From positions 1 to 38,989 of the IMG/VR virus record IMGVR_UViG_3300032295_001092: 38,989 nt of DNA. The stretch is one strand, 5' to 3'. Positions within the stretch are counted from its first letter, which is position 1. Every line of letters begins with the position of its first letter. The position numbers and the translations under genes were made by a program. Below, one piece after another: positions 36,126 through 38,989 of the stretch. This DNA is from a virus. Lineage: Duplodnaviria > Caudoviricetes. Under the pieces are notes generated by a model. That model was not told the origin of the DNA. It searched no databases and saw nothing but the letters and a program-made list of their open reading frames with translations.

Positions 36126-36922
36126 GATTTCCTTTTTAAAGATGCCAGCATTTCACGCTCGGCTTGGGTTGGGGGTCTGGTTGTTTTCTCGTCTGCTTTA
36201 ATCTTTTCCAACGCGGGGTCAGGCGTGTTGCTCATCGGCACAGTCACACGGGCAATGTCAAATGTTTTTTGAGCAAATGATTTGTTTTCTTTAATTTCAA
36301 AAACATCTTGCCAACCACTTGTAATAGATTTTTCTAATACGTCTTTTATGTTTTGACCATTGCCGCGAAATTTATCTAATTTTGCAATTAACAAACTTTT
36401 TGCATATTCGGTTGGTGGTTTTTTTATGCGTTTACGCATTTCTAAAAATTCTTCCCATGTTTGTTTTGGCAACCAATCAGGAAGAACAGCAACTACTTTT
36501 TTTATTGAAGATGAAGATGAAGATGAAGATGAAGATGAAGGGGTTGTTTTTTGTTTAACCTCATGGTTAACCTTTAAATTTGGATTTCCACCAAGTTTTC
36601 CACCTTCTGCACGCTTTTGTCTTAATTCTTCATCACGAATCATGCGTCTTGAAAAAATTGCACCATTGTCAATGTCATAAACACCAGCCTCTTGTAATTC
36701 AATAAGCCAATTAGAAACAACCTCAACAGATTCGCCAACCATACGTGCAAGGTTTGTTGGAAGGATAACCTTATCTGCAACCTTTAAATAACCATATGGA
36801 CTGCCTTCGTGCATAAAACAAATCATGTCAATCCACAAACCTCTTGCGCCAGTTGAACACGAACGTAAAGCGGTATCTCGCAACCAATCGCTTGGATAAA
36901 ATTGAAATGATGGTCTTTTCAT
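36122..36922 (-). CDS. Putative replication initiator (lambda O-like architecture)
   Basis: KRPSFQFYPSDWL..GARGLWIDMICFM N-terminus, Ser linker, LPDWLP..WEEFLEMR...GWQDVF C-terminus. Confidence 0.8.
   Translation of the reverse strand: MKRPSFQFYPSDWLRDTALRSCSTGARGLWIDMICFMHEGSPYGYLKVADKVILPTNLARMVGESVEVVSNWLIELQEAGVYDIDNGAIFSRRMIRDEELRQKRAEGGKLGGNPNLKVNHEVKQKTTPSSSSSSSSSSSIKKVVAVLPDWLPKQTWEEFLEMRKRIKKPPTEYAKSLLIAKLDKFRGNGQNIKDVLEKSITSGWQDVFEIKENKSFAQKTFDIARVTVPMSNTPDPALEKIKADEKTTRPPTQAEREMLASLKRKS
36506..36540. repeat. (TGAAGA)x~6 microsatellite encoding poly-Ser
   Basis: Read directly from the sequence. Confidence 0.95.
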
Positions 36923-37257
36923 GATTTAACGCTCATTTCAATTTGTGTTGTTAAGCAATCGAAGTCATAAACAGTTGCATAACCTTTTTTTATGATTGCG
37001 TGTAATAAATTTGCTTTGGCGTTTTCCAATTCAATGTGTTCATCTGAATGACAATCAGCGCACAATGTAATAATTGTTTCAATTTCGTAATCCCATGGAC
37101 CTTGAGCCAACGGGTGATAATGCACGTGATGAGCATTTAAAGTTTTTGTGCTTTTTTTGCACGTTACACACTTCCATCCATCTCGTTCAAACACGCGCAA
37201 ACGCATTTGTTGCCAACGAGGGTCTAAAAGTTTTTCCGCATAAGTTGTTGTACGCAT
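36919..37257 (-). CDS. HNH endonuclease
   Basis: DPRWQQMRLRVFERDGWKCVTC..LNAHH..ITLCADCHSDEH. Confidence 0.9.
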   Translation of the reverse strand: MRTTTYAEKLLDPRWQQMRLRVFERDGWKCVTCKKSTKTLNAHHVHYHPLAQGPWDYEIETIITLCADCHSDEHIELENAKANLLHAIIKKGYATVYDFDCLTTQIEMSVKS

Positions 37258-37285
37258 TTCTGCATCTCCGCAAGTCTCCCAAAAA

Positions 37286-37350
37286 GAAACAACGGCAGGC
37301 GGGGAGTACGCTTTTCGGTTTGGGTAATTAATCCAACCTATCCGTGTTTC
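37286..37350 (-). ncRNA. Putative structured cis-RNA (three-way junction)
   Basis: On the - strand GAAACACGGATAG pairs with CTGCCGTTGTTTC, enclosing a TTGG/CCAA hairpin, GAAAA and a GCG/CGC hairpin. Confidence 0.55.
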
Positions 37351-37356
37351 ACAAAA

Positions 37357-37728
37357 CTATATCACGGGATTTATGGGTTCAAGAATTATTTTTGCCATAC
37401 CCCATTTGATTACGTTTTCTCGTGTGACGTGCAACACGTCAATTTGTCCATCATCCTCGAATACACCGCATTGGCACAACGCGTCAAACGTTGATTTAAC
37501 AACGTTGTCAATGTCGCGCACACGTCGGTCGGGCGGGTATAGCAAAATTGTAATGTGCAGTCTTTTGTTTGCAAAACCCTCATGACCGCTACGTATGAAT
37601 TCCGTTTCGACCATCGCTTTAAATGCCTTTGCTCGTGCAGTCAAATACCTTTGCGAACCGCGAAAACCCCAATACGTATTGACGCTGGGCGGGAAAGGCA
37701 AAATTAAATTTAATGGGATGTTTGTCAT
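37357..37728 (-). CDS. rusA: RusA Holliday junction resolvase
   Basis: LPFPPSVNTYW and PPDRRVRDIDNVVKSTFDAL..GVFEDDGQID motifs. Confidence 0.93.
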   Translation of the reverse strand: MTNIPLNLILPFPPSVNTYWGFRGSQRYLTARAKAFKAMVETEFIRSGHEGFANKRLHITILLYPPDRRVRDIDNVVKSTFDALCQCGVFEDDGQIDVLHVTRENVIKWGMAKIILEPINPVI

Positions 37729-37775
37729 ATATTGCAATTTTATGCGTATAATACATTCAGCGCAACATCGCGCTA
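37722..37775 (+). promoter_or_regulatory. Putative promoter at the divergence point
   Basis: TTGTCA-N19-TATAAT (37747-37752) followed by an AGCGC-N6-GCGCT hairpin. Confidence 0.45.
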
Positions 37776-37795
37776 TGTTCAATAAGGGAGTATGT

Positions 37796-38098
37796 ATGAG
37801 TAGAGTTTACGACCAATGGCTTGACGAGCCAAAAGACGAATCAGATGCTTTTCAGCATGAATTTGAGATGCGAACAGAACGCCATCTGCAAACTGATTGG
37901 AATCCCCAAAATTACGAAATGTTCATTGATGCGTTATTTGACGCAGACCTTGAACCGTACAAAGCCCAATTAACCGAAGCAGTTAAAAAAGGTCATTTGG
38001 GTGCATTGGAGATTGGCACAATCATTTGTGACATGGTTCACGATTATTGTGAAGACAAGGCAAAACAATTAGCAAAAGAAGAAATGGGGCAATCATGA
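37796..38098 (+). CDS. Acidic hypothetical protein
   Basis: AAGGGAG RBS before ATG 37796; ATGA-coupled downstream. Confidence 0.75.
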   Translation: MSRVYDQWLDEPKDESDAFQHEFEMRTERHLQTDWNPQNYEMFIDALFDADLEPYKAQLTEAVKKGHLGALEIGTIICDMVHDYCEDKAKQLAKEEMGQS

Positions 38099-38649
38099 AA
38101 ACATTTATTGAATTACGCAAAATCAATGTCAACGAACACATTGAGAAAAAAGGCAATTTGTCATATCTGTCATGGGCATGGGCTGTTGATACGCTGTTGC
38201 AGAATGACTCAAACGCGCATTGGGAATTTGCCGAACCTAAAGCATTTGGCGACACGATGATGGTGTTCTGTACCGTTCACGCGATGGGCAAGTCTATGAC
38301 AATGCACTTGCCGGTGATGGATAACAAAAACAATGCTGTCAAGAATCCTGACGCTAGGAAAGTATCAGACGCGATGATGCGATGCCTCGCTAAGTGCATT
38401 GCGTGTTTTGGAATTGGGCTATATGTGTACGCTGGCGAAGATGTTCCGCACGAAGATGCCGAGCCGATAGACATTGAGGCAATGCTGGAGTCTATTTACA
38501 CGTCAAAGACGCTTGACGAACTGCGTGAGGTGTATATCTCAACTGTCAAGACTGCCAAGGGTAACCAGAGCGTTATGCGTGATTTGGAGTTGGCAAAAGA
38601 TACGCGCAAAACTGAATTGCTTATGGCGAAAGAGCAGGTGCAATCATGA
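38095..38649 (+). CDS. Sak3/DUF1071-like ssDNA annealing protein
   Basis: EKKGNLSYLSWAWAV, LPVMD and RCLAKCIACFGIGLYVYAGED motifs. Confidence 0.88.
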   Translation: MKTFIELRKINVNEHIEKKGNLSYLSWAWAVDTLLQNDSNAHWEFAEPKAFGDTMMVFCTVHAMGKSMTMHLPVMDNKNNAVKNPDARKVSDAMMRCLAKCIACFGIGLYVYAGEDVPHEDAEPIDIEAMLESIYTSKTLDELREVYISTVKTAKGNQSVMRDLELAKDTRKTELLMAKEQVQS

Positions 38650-38989
38650 ATAGAGCAGAACTTTTAGATCATTTTGCGGTAAACGCAATGCAAGCATTAA
38701 TTGAAAAAATGGGAGTTACAAACCCTTTTGCCATGGCTCAAACTTCTTATCGTATGGCTGTAGAAATGCTTGAGCATCGTGAGCGTATTTTGAGAGAGTG
38801 GCAAAAAGAACAAGAGATGCAACACAAACAGCAAAACTCTGACATTAAAGACCTTGATTTGCCGATTAGGTATCACCGATGTTTAGTGTCAGAGAATATC
38901 TTAATGAAACAAGATCTTTGCAACTGGACAGAACGAGAAGTAAGACGAATTCCAAATCTAGGCGTAAAAGGATTGCAATTTGTTAAAGA
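38646..38989 (+). CDS. Junction-spanning 128-aa gene (38646-38866 + 1-166): helical N-domain plus RNAP alpha-CTD-like domain
   Basis: MNRAELLDHFAVNAMQALIEKMG...NSDIKDLDLPIRYHRCLVSENI...IPNLGVKG; ATGA overlaps at both ends. Confidence 0.85.
   Translation, partial: MNRAELLDHFAVNAMQALIEKMGVTNPFAMAQTSYRMAVEMLEHRERILREWQKEQEMQHKQQNSDIKDLDLPIRYHRCLVSENILMKQDLCNWTEREVRRIPNLGVKGLQFVK
38867..38989. repeat. Terminal direct repeat, right copy
   Basis: Identical to 1-123. Confidence 0.97.

Noticed and set aside
7-38474. Numerous antisense and alternate-frame ORFs in the track (e.g. 6669-7241, 12101-12586, 34547-34948)
   Set aside because: They shadow well-supported genes and show no recognisable motifs.
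38867-38989. Physical terminal repeats
   Set aside because: The repeat lies mid-gene and far from terS; an assembler overlap is more plausible.

Overview
The window is an apparently complete, circularly assembled genome of a tailed dsDNA phage: bases 1-123 are repeated exactly at 38867-38989, giving a unit length of about 38,866 bp. It has an HK97-type head and a non-contractile (siphovirus-like) tail. The + strand carries, in order: recombination genes (Sak3-like, YqaJ exonuclease, SSB), accessory genes, a ferritin-like/ParB-like/ABC-ATPase-GNAT cassette, HNH-TerS-TerL-portal-protease, two tandem paralogous capsid genes, neck and tail genes with a -1 frameshift chaperone, fibres and lysis genes. 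The - strand (32920-37728) carries RusA, an HNH, a replication initiator, a glutaredoxin, a Ref-like nuclease and small ORFs. I saw no integrase, repressor, helicase, polymerase, tRNA or CRISPR. Most notable: (1) a gene spanning the assembly junction, absent from the ORF track, whose C-terminal half resembles the RNA polymerase alpha-CTD; (2) a packaging-linked ParB + ABC-ATPase-GNAT cassette that may modify DNA; (3) two capsid paralogues separated by a terminator; (4) strong selective avoidance of GCWGC, CCWGG, AGCT, GATC and GGCC; (5) three intergenic RNA structures (twin GAGUAC hairpins, an H-type pseudoknot, a three-way junction). All family calls come from motif recognition by eye; no searches were run.
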